NCBI RefSeq assembly: GCF_018350175.1
Contig: NC_058368.1
Coordinates: 45,882,001-45,946,000, forward strand
Reading direction: 5' to 3'
DNA from: Felis catus
Lineage: Eukaryota
Length of the DNA stretch: 64,000 nucleotides
The notes under the pieces: generated by a model
Databases searched by the model: none
Seen by the model: only the letters and a program-made list of their open reading frames with translations
Told to the model about the DNA's origin: nothing
Made by a program: the position numbers and the translations under genes
In this document: one piece after another, positions 48,410 to 61,956 of the stretch
How the letters are laid out: the number at the start of each line of letters is the position of its first letter
How positions within the stretch are numbered: position 1 is the first letter of the stretch

Positions 48410-50070
48410 GTCACTGGGGAACAAGAGAGGAGGACAGCTCTGAGAAAGACAAAGGCAAATCCAATAGCAAGTTGTTATCACTGATGTCAAAATTACTAAG
48501 CCAAATCTCCTTATCCTACTTTTCTAGGAGAGAATTAGTTAAAGGGGTAAGACAGGAATCCACTAACATGTGATGATTATGTGACTAATTTTGAAAAGTC
48601 AAAGGATGCTGAACTGAGAGCCTCTCAGGTCATAAGTGAGTATTCTCATCATACATTAATGCACAACAGTTTCTGTATTACAGCTTTGAAGTACGAAGAA
48701 AATAACCGGGTCATAAATCAATGAGATGGTGATCCATTTCATTCTTCGTCTTTGAGCTATGATTAAATTCAGTGATGAAACTTTGTATTTGGGTCTGAGA
48801 TAGTTTGCTTCCTTTTACCCCTCTTCGTATGATGGAGTTTTTCTTTTAGAAGTTTTGATTCCCCATAGTAACTCAGTTAGAGATCGCCACAAGTGCCATT
48901 TTCTTCTTTCTGTTTTTCTCATTCTCATAGACAACACTGACACTGTGCTATTTTCCCAAAGATGTTATTTTAATGGACATTACACTGGTGAATTTGGCAA
49001 CAACAAGGCAAACAGCAGAGTTGGGAGACATGTGGCTGTGTGATGTGATTGCATCTTTTGGCTGAGATACAGACCTTAGATTTACTATTCCCAAATGTCT
49101 CATCTGACTCATTTTTATTATTTTTACAACACAGGAAGATGCTTTTGGTATCCATAGGCCAAACTTCAACTTGCCATAACCCCTATCCCAAACACCTCTG
49201 TGCTTGAGTTTATCCTGATCCTTGAAGCTACTGAAAACGCTTTAATAAAATCATAATAAAAAATGCCTTAAATACAAGTGGTACATTGCAAATGCTTCCT
49301 TTTCCTTGCTTCTGCTCCAATCTGTGCTTTAGGGATGCTTTCAGTGCCAAATCCGGTGCCTTTGGAGTGGGTCCCCAAAGATTTCTGAGCTTTCTATTCT
49401 AGCTCTTTGAATAAATGAGACAGTTAGAATTGGCAGGACTTAGTCTTCATCTTCGAAGCCTCAGGGAATGAGAGTACCAGTCTCTTCCTGGTGTTAGCTT
49501 TTGAAGTCCTTTCTTTGTTTTGTTTTGTTTAAATATTGAAGCCTTAGAATCAGAAGAAGTGAGTTTGATTCCTTATACTACAATTTACTTTCTACAATTT
49601 TGAAAAAATAACTTGGACTCTTTAAATATGTTTCCTCGTCCATAAGGAGAAAATATTTCTTGCCTGCTTGTTGTGATGGATAAATACCGTAATGTAGGTT
49701 GGAACATAGAACAAAGAACGCATTGTTAAGTACTAGCAACACCAATTCCATTATGATTTATGTAATTTTTATGTAACAGAAAAATAAACTTAGTGTTCCT
49801 GAACAAAGAGTAGTCATCAAATAATTCATTTTTGATTAATTGATTCAACAATCACCTAGTTTCCTTTTACAAGTTCGATGTCATATTCAACACCAAATCC
49901 AAAGGATGTAGTCATTAAAAAACTGGTTGATACAGGTTATTTCAAAAGATTTCATTGGCAACATTGTATATATGCAAAAAGAACGATTCATGGTCAATCA
50001 AGAGTTATTGTACCCTCTGACACAGAAAGCTTTTTCAATAAACCAGATTTGTGTCTATAGCATGTCCCTA
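48410..50070 (-). mobile_element. Ancient hAT (Tip100/ZMYM1-like) transposase fossil, interrupted
   Basis: RHKSGLLKKL (cf. G.KSG); LHPLDLVLN (cf. AHSLNLV); IKMSQMRH (cf. LSETRW); KRK..QTISDPNTKF..LNLIIAQ (cf. DP...F...LD.IISQL); LRAVLLSCSPVT (cf. LRILLTLPVT), in order. Confidence 0.55.
49540..49740 (+). mobile_element. MIR
   Basis: ccttagaatcagaagaagtgagtttgattcctta...tttcctcgtccataa...gttgtgatggataaa. Confidence 0.6.
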
Positions 50071-52351
50071 GAAAGGAAGGAGAAAACAAAGATTTATTTG
50101 TATGTTACGTTTGTGCATATTGAGAAAATATCACAAATCAAAGGACACTTGATGAGCAATCTCTCATTTAGAAGAGAAACCAGAGGTATGTGATAAGATT
50201 TTTTTGTTATTTAATACTGACTTATTAATATATTTAACATCTATTTCATGCTAAGTCCAAAATGGAATTGAAGTGACTTGTCAGCCTTCAAAATCCTCTA
50301 ATATTGTTGGAATATATGCATTACATTTTTATATATTATTTCATTTATTGTAACTTAGTCACTGTCCACTGACTCACTCCCTCAGACAGTACACAGTGGC
50401 TAAGGAAGAAGTTGGAAAGTAAAGTCAGGTCTCTTGAATCCAAAGTATACCTTCCTTCTATCACATACCTCCAGACATGGACACTTTAGAGAGAAGGATC
50501 ACAATGTTGTCCTTTCAGTATTAACTTGTTGGTTTAGTCAGCACTAATTTGGGGATGAAAACGAAGAAGTTCAACCTCTGATAAGGATTTTAAAGGAAAA
50601 TCTTTGTTACCTAGCACCTAAGTAATTAGTGAAAATACAAGTATTTAACACTCTGCAGGTAAAAAATTAAAAGCACGAGTCACAGAAAATCATTCTGAAA
50701 ACACCAAAAGCTAAGTCTACTATAATTCTCTAACGCAATATGGTGGACTTCAGGAAATAGTGCATCTTACTCAATTTCATCCCTCTGAGATACTAACATA
50801 GTTCCTCACACATAGCAGAAGGCAGATTAATGTATTTATGACATTAAATTAAATTCAAGCAAAACCAAACCTCAGGTACCCAGCCCTATACTAAACTGGT
50901 ATAGGTGAATGGAGAACAAATGTTACTTGTCTGAAACATTCAGAAAAAGAAAAAAATGCTTCAAAAAATATCCTAAGTTGTTGTATTTCCATACACCAAT
51001 AATGAATTACCAGAGAGACAAATTAAGAAAACAACCCCACTTAAAATTGCACTGAAAAAAATAAAACACCTAGGATAAATGTAACCAAGGAGGTGAATGA
51101 TCTGTACTCTGAGAACTATGACACAGATAAAAGAAATTAAAAATGATACAAATAAGTAGAAATATGTGCTGTGCTCTGCATTGAAAGAATTAAAATTGTT
51201 AAAATGTCCGTACTGCCCAAAGCAATCTAAAGATTCAGTGCAATCCCTATCAAAATACCAATGGCATTTTTCACAGAACTAGAACAAATAACCCTAAACT
51301 CTGTATGGAATCACAAAAGACCCTGAACAGCCGAAGCCATCTTGAGAAAGAAGAATAATGCTGGATGTACCACTCCCTGATTTCAAAATATAGTACCAAG
51401 CTATAGTAATCCAAACAGTAGAGCACCAGCACAAAAACTGACATGTATATCAATGAAACAGAGTAGAGAATCTGAAAATAAACCTATGCTTATATAGTCA
51501 ATTAATCTTCGACAAGAAGGCAAGGATATACAAACAGAAAAAGACAGGGTTTTCAAGAAACACTGTTGGAAAAACTGGACAGCTGCACGCAAAATAGTGA
51601 AACTGGACCACTTTCTGACAGCACACGCAAAAATAAACTCAGAGTGTACTAAGGACTTAAAAGTAAGACTGGAAAACATAGAACTTCCAGAAAAAAGCAT
51701 AGGCGGTAAGCTTTTGGACATAAATCTGAACAATTTTTTTTGATCTGTCTCTTTAGGTAAGGGTAACAAAAGCAAAAATAAAGAAATGAAATTATATCAA
51801 ACTGAAAAGCTTTTACACAGCAAAGGAAATCATCAACAAAACAAAAAGGCAACCTACTGAATGAGAGAAGGGATTTATAAATGATACAACTGATAAGGGG
51901 TAAATATTCAAAACACAAACAGAACTGACAAAACACCATATAAAAAACCTGAACCATTCAATTAAAACAATAGGCAGAGGATGTGAACAGACGGTTCTTC
52001 AAAGAAGACTTACAGATGGCTAACAGATAGATGCAAAGACGCTCAACATCGCTTATCAGGGAAATTCAAATCAAAACCACAATGAGATACCTCACACCAG
52101 TCAGAATGGCTAAAGTCAACAGCACAAGAAATAACAAGTGTTGGTAAGAATGTGGAGAAAAGGGAACCCGCATGATCTGTTGGTAGGAATGCAAAGTGGT
52201 GCAGCCACTGTGGAAAACCGTAGGGAGTTTCCTAAAAAAATTTTAAAAATAGAAATAGCATATGATCCAGCAATTCCAATTTACCAGGTAAATTCTGGGT
52301 ATTTACCTGAAGAAAACGAAAACACTAATTCAAAAATATATGCTCAGCTCT

Positions 52352-52590
52352 GGGGCGTCCTGGATGGCTCAGTCAGTTAAGTACCAGACTCTTTCGAGCC
52401 CCACATCAGGCTCTATGCTGATAGTGTGGAGCCTGCTTGGGATCCTCTTACTTCTCGTCTCTCTCTCTCTTCCTCCCTTACTTGTGCTCTGTCTCTCTCA
52501 AAATAATAAGTAAACTTAAACAAACTTAAAAATAAAATAAAATAAAATAAAATAAAATAAAATAAAATAAAATAAAATAAAATAAAATAT
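52352..52590 (+). mobile_element. Can-SINE with (TAAAA)n tail
   Basis: SINE inside L1; TSD-like aaatatat(g/a)ctca. Confidence 0.9.
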
Positions 52591-52918
52591 ATACTCACCC
52601 CTATATTCAATGCAGCATTATTTGCAATAACCAAGACATGGAAATAGGCCAAGTGTCCACAGATTGATGAATGGATAAAGAAGAGATGAATGGAATATTA
52701 TACAGCCATAAGAAGAATGAAATCTTGCCATGTGTAATGACATGGATAGAGCTAAAGAGTATTATGCTAAGTGACATAATTTGTCAGAGAAAGACAATAC
52801 CATATGATTTTACGTACACATGGAAATTAAGAAACAAAACAAATGAGCAAAGGGGAGAAAAAAAGAGAGGGGGGTAAACCAAGACAAAGACTCTTAACTA
52901 TAGAGAACAAATGATGGT

Positions 52919-53142
52919 GGGGCGCCTGGGTGGCTCAGTCGGTTAAGCATCCGACTTCGGCTCAGGTCATGATCTCACAGTTTGTGAGTTTGAGCCCCGC
53001 GTCTGGCTCTGTGCTGACAGCTCGGAGCCTGGAGTCTGCTTCGGATTCTGTGTCCCCCTCTCTCTCTGCCGCTCCCCCCAGTCACACTCTGTCTCTTTCT
53101 CTCTCTCTCAAAAATAAATAAACATTAAAAATAAATTTAAAA
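52919..53142 (+). mobile_element. Can-SINE (SINEC_Fc)
   Basis: SINEC head, body and tail. Confidence 0.96.
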
Positions 53143-53315
53143 AACTGATTGTTATCAGAGGAGAGGTGGGGGGGGAATGGGTAAAATAGTTGAGGGGGAT
53201 TAAGAAGTGCTCTTGTGATGAGCACCAGGTGATGTATAGAAGTGTTGAATCACTATCTTGTACATCTGAAATTAATACTACACTGTACATTAACTGAAAT
53301 TTAAGTAAAAGTAAA

Positions 53316-53523
53316 AGGTACAAACTTCCAGTTATAAAATAAATTAGGCATGGGGATGTAATGTACAGTATAGAAAATATAGTTAATAACATTGTAGCAA
53401 TTTTGTATGTTGATAGATGGTATCTATCATGATGGTCATTTTGTAATGTCTATAAATATTGAATCACCACGTTATATACGTGAAACTAATATAATACCGT
53501 ATGTCAAATACACTTCAATAAAA
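53316..53523 (+). mobile_element. Second, different L1 3' terminus
   Basis: ggtacaaacttccagttataaaataaat...tgaaactaatataata...cttcaataaaa. Confidence 0.8.
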
Positions 53524-54354
53524 TTATATATATAGATATATTTATACACACTATATATGCAAATATATGTCATGGCATATATAACTTTAAACTTAACAAT
53601 TTATCAGAAAGTTAGATCAAAATAACAAAAATGACTTTTTTATTCTGAAAAACAAAAAAGGGGATTGAATTTCAAGAAAGATAATCATAGGGTCAGAAAA
53701 ATGCAAATGTTTATTTATTTATTTACAAAACTAAGTTCTGTGAATCACAGTCATCTGAATTCATAGTTCTTAAAAATATTAAAACTTTTAGTGCTACTAT
53801 AATGTGTCTTAGAAAGTGCTAATCATGCAATGTATTTTAGTGACATCTTTTTGGCTGCTTTCCCTTCACTATAGACACTGTGCTTGGTGTCGAGGAAAAC
53901 ATACTTTTAGAATTTGTATGAGCTTGAATAAGAAGACATTACAAAAATGTATAGGATGCATCATGTTACACATAAAATCATAATTAATTTCAAAGTGTTA
54001 CACACAAAGAAGAGTTGATTATCTCTGTTAGATGTGGAATTAGGGAAGCCATCAAGAGGTGACATTTGAGTTGGATTCTGCAGGATGAATGTGATAGTGC
54101 CTAGTAGTAATGGAGGAGGATTGAGCTCCAAAAAGAGGGAACATTATATGATAAGGTAAACAGATGGAAAATGCAGATACATTTAAGCAGCAATGTACTC
54201 CTGGTCATAAAGTGGGCAACTTCAAAACAAAGAAATCTTTGCATGGCATGTGAAGGAGCTTGGATTTTATTCTCAATGTAATAAGGGATTCATAGGAAGG
54301 ATGTCATCAGGGAAAATGATATTATTAGAGTTGCATTTCAAGAAGAAAACTGGC

Positions 54355-57300
54355 AGAGACAGGCTGCTTGTTTGCCAAATATGGTGAAACTTTTAGTTTC
54401 TGGTCCCTATGAATGAATAGAGTTTTTCGCACTGTGTACACGAGGCTAATTGTGAACAAGAAGTAAACTTTTATTGTATTAAGCCACTGAAATTTGGGAA
54501 TTTATTTGTTATAATAGCTAGCACTATTTCCCTAAGTAATAAACATCGGTGCCTTGAAGTTGGGTGATCCTGCAACAAAAATCTGAACATACAACATTGC
54601 TTTATTGGTCAGTAGTTACTAGAAGAAAAAGAACAGTTTATGTGAGAATTGTTCAGTTTAGAAACAAAATAGCAGAACAATGATGGAATACAGATTTTTG
54701 CAGCTTTGTAGGGTTAGGAAAAAAAGAGTACTTCTAGATCCCAAACAGTAAAAGAGAAAGCTTAGTCCATTTTGACTATTATAACATAATACCATTGACT
54801 GGGTGGCTTAGAAACAACAGAAATTTATCTTTCACAGTTCTAGAGACTGGGAAGTCCAAGACGAAGGTGGCAGCAAATCCAGTGTCTGATTTGAGTCCAC
54901 TCCCTGGTTCATAGATGATTGCCTTCTCACTGTATCTTCACAAGATGGAAGGGATAAGGGATCTTTCTGGGGCCTCTTTTATAAAGACTAATCCTATTCA
55001 TGAGGGCCCCAACCTAATGACTTAATCACATCCTAAAACCATAACACTGGGATTAGGATTTCATCTTATGAATAAGGGAAGGGAGGGGAACACAAATATT
55101 CAGTCCATAGCATTCTACTGCTAGCTCCCCAAAGAAATCCCTGTTCTTCTCACATGCAAAATATGTTTGTTACATCTTAACAGTCCCATACTTAAAAGTC
55201 TGAGTTCATTTCAGTATCAACTCTAAACTCTAAAATCAAAGTCTCATCTAAATATATTTTCAATCAGATATGGGTGAGACTCAAAGTACAATTCATCCTG
55301 AAGCCAGTTGCTCTCCAGCTATAAACTTGGGAAACCAAACAAGTTATGTGCTTTGAAACTACAGCAGTTAGGCACAGAATAGACATGCTTATTCCAAAAG
55401 AAGAAAGAGTTAACAGGTCCCAAGCAAGTCCAAGCTACAAGGCAGACTCCATCAGATATGAGGGTTTGAGAATAATTCCCCTTGGCTTGATACTCTCTGC
55501 CCAGAACCACTGGAATGAAGGTCCAATCATACACACGGTGAAGTGAGTGGTCTCCCCTTCTGGACCCACTGGGATAGGTGTCATGCCTTGTAGTTTGGCC
55601 CTACCCCTACTGCTCTGGGCAGAGGTTATCTCTGGCCCTTCTTTTTGAAACTGAAGGTGTACCCCTGATGATCTCTGAGCCACTTTTTGGGTCATTCTTC
55701 CCCAGTTGAGGAATGAAACCTGGCACTCTGCTGACATGTTCATTAGGCCCATGGTTCACATCTATACTTACCTCCTTATCAAATGATAAACCCTTAGTTT
55801 TCTCTTCTGAACATGCTTTCTCCTTTTTTTTCAGTGTGGATTTGTTTATTTATTATTATGTCACTTTTAAGTCATTCTTTAACTCACTTCTCCCTTCTCA
55901 TATTTTACTATAAGCAGTCAGAACAAACCACATTGTACTTTCACCGTGTTGCTTAGAAATCTCTTTAGTTAGCTGAAGAAACGGTAAGCTCTTCAGTTAA
56001 CTATCCAATTTCGTCCCTTGAAAATTCCACCTTTCACGAAACACCAGAACGCAAGCATAACCCAGCTAAGTTCTTTGCCGCTCTATCACAAGGATGGTCT
56101 TTCCACCAGTTTTCTATAACATATTTCTCATTTCCATCTGAGACCTCATCAGAATGTCCTTGACCATCTACATTTCTATCCACATTCTTTTCAGAAGTCT
56201 TTAGGTATTTTTTTAAGGAGACTCAGGCTTTCTCTACAGCTCTCCTTTTTCTTTCTGAGCCCTCATGCAAATCACCCAGAATCAATGCAGGCTTCTTCTA
56301 GCAGGCAGCTCAAAACTCTTCCATCCTCTACCCCATCACCCAGTTCCATAACTGCTTCCACATCTTTAGGTTATTTGTTAGAGCAACACTCCTATTTCTT
56401 GGTATCGACTTCTGTTCTAGTCAACTCAGATCACTATAATAGACTGGGTGGCTTAAAAACAATAGCAACTTATTTCTGTTCTGGAGGCAGGAAGTCTAAG
56501 ACCAAGGTGGCAGCAGATTTGGTGTCTGGTGAGAGTCCCCTTCCTGGTTCATTGATGCCTGTCTTCTCACTGTGTCTTCCCATGGTCAAAGGAACAAGGG
56601 AGTTGCATGGGGTGTCTTTTAAGAGGACAATGATCCCATTCATGAGGACTCTATCCTCATGACCTAATCAACACCAAAAAAGGTCTTATGTCCTAAAAGT
56701 ATCACCTTGGGGGTTAACACTTCAAAACATGAATTTTTGGAGGACACAAACATTCAGTCTGTATACAGTAAGGCATTAAAGATTTTTAAGAAAAAAAAAT
56801 GATGCAAGTCAAGTTCAGATTAAGGATTTAGTCTTCCCAATCAAGCCTACTATCTCAGTCAACTTCAAGGTCACCAGTGTTAAGTTGAGACAGAGGTAGG
56901 GGACTGAGGAAGAAAAGAAATAGATTGAGAATTAAATCTAGGAAATAACTTTGGATGTGTTTTCTGGCACCTGAAACTATCTGGAAGCAGTTAGTATTTG
57001 AGAAAAAATTATCAACAAAGTTTAAGCTCACACTTGCTTACAATTATAAGCTAAACTTGCACTGACAAGAAGTTGTCTACAGAAATGGCTGAAACACTAT
57101 AAAGTTTTCAAAAAAGAATGCCTTTCAATACACATCTCAGTCAAATAATGGACGTGGAAGAACATACTGGAGTGAGATCAAACAATGGATAAAAGAGCTC
57201 CTGTCACAAACTATAATGAGAGTGTATTCAAAGGTCTCCCCTTATTCAGGGTAGGAGATTTAACACTATCCACCAAAAAAGTTTCCAAATTACTATGCAC

Positions 57301-57360
57301 CATGACTTGATGTTCACCCATTTTATTCCTTCCAAATGAGATATTTATTATGTTGAAGAG

Positions 57361-57399
<39 letters not shown>

Positions 57400-58035
57400 G
57401 AGGGACAGGAAGAACAGAGATAACATTTTTATTTCCTAGAATGAGTGGCTACCAAGTCTCAAAAACAGGATTAAAAACTGTCCCATATTGTAGACTCTGT
57501 GGTAAATGCAATGATTGAAAGGGACTTATGAACCATCTCACTTAGAGAAGTTGAAGTGTGTTCAAACTATGGAGACAGGATAAGATAGATATTTATTTGC
57601 CTGAAGAGGGGACTACTGAAGAAACTGGCAAGGTTTTCACTATTGCATTTCCATCCTGGGTTCACAGATAGACTATATTTCTTTGCCCTCCTCACAGTTA
57701 TCAGGGAACAGGTCTCATACCAGTGGATAATATGCAAAAGTAAAGTATACTACTTCTAGACTTGGATCGTAAAAACATTTATAATCTTCCATTCTTCTTC
57801 CCTTTCTGCTGGCTGGATGTAGACGATCCAGGAGAGGATCTTGAGATCCAAAGAGACCATAGAGTCACAGGTTGAGAATGGCAAACTCCATCAGCCTGGG
57901 TCTTTGAATGACTACATGGAGCAGTGACATCATCATGGCCACCACCACCCAGTGGACTTCACATGAGTGAGAACTGAACTTCTACTGCATAAAGCCACCA
58001 ATATTTTTGTCATTATAGCAACTAGCACTGCACTG
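54355..58035 (+). mobile_element. Old MaLR (MLT1J/H-like) provirus: LTR end, internal, LTR
   Basis: LTR end tgtattaagccactgaaatttggg...taataaaca followed by internal start ggtgccttgaagttgggtg...caaaaatct; similar LTR at ~57620-58035. Confidence 0.6.
54758..56765 (-). mobile_element. Full MLT1A-type MaLR provirus (LTR-int-LTR)
   Basis: Two similar LTRs (~54758-55112 and ~56410-56765: gactgggtggctta...aagtc(c/t)aag...aaggtggcagca...cattcagtc) flanking an MLT1 internal region. Confidence 0.88.
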
Positions 58036-59177
58036 TAGATAGTGTGAAGAACTACAAAGCTGAAATCAGAAAACATTATCTGTCTACTAAAATAATCCAG
58101 GTAAGGAAGAATGAGGGCTTGATATTAAATAGTAGTAGTGGATGAAACTGTAGAGAACTTTGATGTATTTGAATAAAATATGTTTAGAAAGCAATGATTA
58201 ATTATGATATGAGAGGATGAGAAGAGATAAGATATAAAAACTATAATCCTGAGTTGTATTAAGGTCACAAACTAATATAAAGAAAGAAGAGGCACCAAGA
58301 GGAAAATAAGTTTTGTTTTAGGTTTTAAGTGTCAAGGGACGTTCACTAGGCAGGTGTATTAAGTGAATTTTGAGCACAGAAAAAAAATGAGAAAAAAAAT
58401 AGACTCAGTAGTTGCAAGCATGGCATATAGGTGGTAGTAAAGTAATGAAAGCCCTCAATTCATCTCATAACAGTAACATGATATAAATACAATAATGTAA
58501 ACAGAAAATTAAGTATACAATTACATGTTACATATAATATGAATTTAACAAGATATAGAAACAATACAATAAAATAGAAATAACTCAAGAAACATGAAAG
58601 TGGGGTCCATATCAAAGGGGAAGGGGAAATCAACAGACACAGATCTGAAGAAAACCCAGATATGAAATTATCAGACAATGACTTTGAAATAGTTATGATA
58701 AATAGGTTTAAGATTTTTTTTTCATGTAGATATGATGATGAGCAGAGGGAAATCTCAGAAAAGGAATGGAAATTGCTTCTTTTTTTTTTTAAAGGACAGA
58801 ACAGAAATCATAGAAAACTAAAATAAGCATCCAAGAGACAAGTTTAACTATATACTAGAGTCAGAAGAAAGGGTCAATGGCCATGAAGAGATACTATTCA
58901 ATCTGAACAGAAAAAAACAAAAAACAAAAAACCAAGAAAACGAGAAAAGCCTCAGTAATTTGTAGAAAATAGCATTTGATATCTTATCAGAAACAAGAGA
59001 ATTAAGAATACAATGGAACAAAATCTTTAAAGTGTTGAAAGGAAAATAAAAAGAGTGCTTACAACTCCATATCTAGCAAATAGTATGTTTCAAGTGTGAG
59101 TGTGAAATACAGTTGAATAAACAAAAATTGAGCACCAACAAGCCCACTCTAAAAGAAATGCTGAAGAAACTTAACCT

Positions 59178-59391
59178 TTTTTTTTTTTTTTTAGTTTATT
59201 TATTTGTTTGAAAGAGGCAGACACAGCATGAGTGAGGGAGGGGCAGAGAAAGAGAAAGAGAGAGAATCCCAAGCAGGCTCCAAGCTGCCAGCACAGAGCC
59301 CAAAGTGGGGCTCGAATTCACGAACATGAGATCATGACCTGAGCTGAAATCAAGAGTCAGATGCTTAACCGACTGAGCCACCCAGGTGCCC
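59178..59391 (-). mobile_element. Can-SINE
   Basis: Reverse SINEC; TSD-like aagaaactt. Confidence 0.95.
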
Positions 59392-59439
59392 AAAGAAACT
59401 TGATCTTTAGATTAAGAAACAAAACTACACAAGTCTGTA

Positions 59440-59580
59440 CTCAAGGTTTGTGAATTCCAGCCTCAAGTTGGGCTCTGTGCCAACAGCAGAGAGCCCGCTG
59501 GGGATTCTCTTTCTCCCCCTCTCTCTCCTCATCTCTTACTCACACACACATGCCCACACACTCTCTCCCTCTCCCTCTCC

Positions 59581-59629
<49 letters not shown>

Positions 59630-59908
59630 AAAATAAATAAACATTTTTCAAAAAGAAAAAAATAAAAGGACCCTCTGGATGGATCAGTCAGTTAAGTGAC
59701 CTGCTTGGGCTCAGGTCATGATCTTGCGGTTCATGAGTTCAAGCCCACCCAACACCACCCCACCCCATCCCACCCCGATCAGGCTCTGTACGATAGCTCA
59801 GACCCTGGAGTCTGCCTGGGATTCTGTGTACCCCTCTCTCTCTGCCCCTGACCGGCTCACACTCTTTCTCCCTCTCTCTCTCAAAAATAAATAAACATTA
59901 TTTTTTTA
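59440..59908 (+). mobile_element. Two tandem Can-SINEs (first 5'-truncated)
   Basis: SINE body and tail 59440-59665, then a second SINE 59668-59908. Confidence 0.88.
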
Positions 59909-61619
59909 AAACAAGACAGTAACTTTCAAAATAATTAAAAAAATATATTGTGGATTTTAAAATTCATGGAGAAATAAACTACTGTATTTGAGAAAATAGC
60001 ACAAAGAACAGGAAGATAATAAATAGAATTATGTAGATGTAAAGTTCTTAACATTTTACACAAGTAGAACAATATTATCTCTAAGTAGACTATGATAAAG
60101 ATACGTATTGTAATTCCTATAGCAAACACTGAGAAAATTATGGGAAAGCGTATAGATCAAAACTATAATTCCTCCAGTAGGTGAATTAAAATGGAATTCC
60201 AAAAATCCAAAAATAATTACTCCCATATTGGGTATGAATGGAGGGAAAGAAGAACACAAATCAGAGAAAAACACTGAAAATAAATGGCAAGATGGTAGGC
60301 TTAAAGCAGATTGGATCAATAACAACATTAAATGTGATGAACTAAACACCCCCATTATGATGCAGAGGTTGTTGTACCAGATAAATAGGCAGAAAGTAAG
60401 TATTTGCTTCTTATAAAAGACACACTTTAAATAGAGATACATCACTGTCAAACAGTAATGAATGAAAAAAGATAAACCATACAAACAATAAGCACACACA
60501 TACACACAAAGATAAATGGACATAAAGTCAAAGACACAAAAAGGAATGTATTTCAGTTATATAAGGGATGCTATATCAGGAAGGCATACAAATCATAAAG
60601 TCAGATGCACAGATTCAATACATGAATAAACGTTGGGAGAACTAAAGGCAAAAATAGATTAGTGCACAGTCATCATTGGAGATTTTAATGTTCCACTCTT
60701 AGTAACTGATAAAACAACTAGTTGGGACTTACAGAACACAAATCCCAATCATTACAGAATAAAAGATTTCACATACCCACGGAACACCTACCATAATAAA
60801 CCATAAGCTGGACGACAAAATGGGTCACAATATATATCAAAAATATCTGAAATCTTAGAAATTATTTTTCTGACTGTAATATAATTAAATTAAAAATTAA
60901 TTACAGTAAGATATCTAGAAAATCATGAAAATATTAGAAATTAAGCAACACATTTCAAATTATCTCTGACTCAAAGGAGTGAATATAAATAAGGTTACAA
61001 AATATTTCTAACTAAATGATAGCAAAAGCACTACCTACAAAATTGTGGAATTTAGTCAAAGCAGTGCTGAAAAATATTATACAGTCTTTTTAAAAGAAAC
61101 ATATAAAATCAATAATGTATGTTTATGTGTTAAGAAGCAAGAGAATTACAGGTAAAATGAATCCAAATTACGTAGAAGATAAAAAATAATACAGATAAGG
61201 ACAGGAATCAATGAAACGGGTTATTTCTTCCACTTAGGACATAGAAAGTCACAAGAGAATTTATCTCTCCCAACCTAACAAAGAGAATAAACCAGATACC
61301 CCCAACAAAACGTCAGTTTTTGTTGTTATTGTTTTTTTACTTAAGTTCAGAGATAGCAAATAAAACCTAATGAAATAAAAGAAAAAACACATGACAAGTA
61401 CCCTCCAGAAGAGAAAGAAATAATTATTGCTTTGATTATTGCATATTGAGAGGGAGACCAAGAAGCTGCCATACACATGGGTAAGAAGAAAAAACTGAAC
61501 ATTAAATAAAATTTTAAATGCTCAATATGATGTGATCTGACGCAAAGAGACTCTGCTCTCACCTGCTGATTCCTCCAGAGGGCTTCAGTGAGTACTTATA
61601 AAAAACTTGGAAAAGAAAA

Positions 61620-61956
61620 TGTTAAATTAATTAAATAAGGAGGCCAACAGACTGAGGTGGTTATAAAGCCCAGACTGCCTGCCTGAGCAAACCAAAACCT
61701 AAGCATACAAAAGCCTCCCGCGTTACAAAATCAAACCGGAAACCTGAGGACAGCCAATCAGCAACAACTAAGCTTAAAGTTGTAGCCAATCAAATAAGTT
61801 CCTTTGCTTCCCCCTTCTGATCTCTGGAAGTCTTTTCCCCGCCACCTGTAGAGGGAGAGCTGTTAGCCGCTTCCAGTTTGGCGATGTAGTATTCCAATCG
61901 ATGTTTGCTCAGATAAACTCTTGAAATTTTTAATATGCTTCGGTTGACCTTTTAAC
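61620..61956 (+). mobile_element. ERV1-class solo LTR (MER89/MER90-like)
   Basis: tgttaaattaattaaataaggaggccaacagactgaggtgg start; two cagccaatca/tagccaatca CCAAT boxes; ends cttttaac. Confidence 0.75.

Larger units (their letters stand above)
50970..53312 (+). mobile_element. Carnivore L1, 5'-truncated (ORF2 3' part plus 3'UTR)
   Basis: ttgttaaaatgtccgtactgcccaaagcaatctaaagattcagtgcaatccctatcaaaatacc; 3' end gatgagcaccaggtgatgtatagaagtgttgaatcacta... Confidence 0.93.
53860..58460 (-). mobile_element. L2 split into two pieces (~53860-54350 and ~58040-58460) by MaLR insertions
   Basis: gaggtgacatttgagttgg...aaggagcttggattttattc...ttgcatttcaagaag; resumes aataatccaggtaaggaagaatgagggcttga. Confidence 0.6.
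58460..61220 (+). mobile_element. Old L1M ORF1-ORF2 region
   Basis: tggaacaaaatctttaaagtgttgaaaggaaaa; acattaaatgtgatgaactaaacaccccc; attggagattttaatgttccactc. Confidence 0.85.

Noticed and set aside
579..50092. Hypothesis of a multi-exon unitary pseudogene on the minus strand (splice-like sites at ~11267, ~11455, ~31667 and ~50070)
   Set aside because: The putative exons are better explained as parts of continuous gypsy pol and hAT transposase frames that read through the supposed splice sites.
49878..50193. Plus-strand peptides QSRVIVP / KERFMVNQELLY resembling gypsy integrase linker motifs
   Set aside because: Both come from the same nucleotides in different frames with no flanking support; the minus-strand hAT reading has more ordered motifs.
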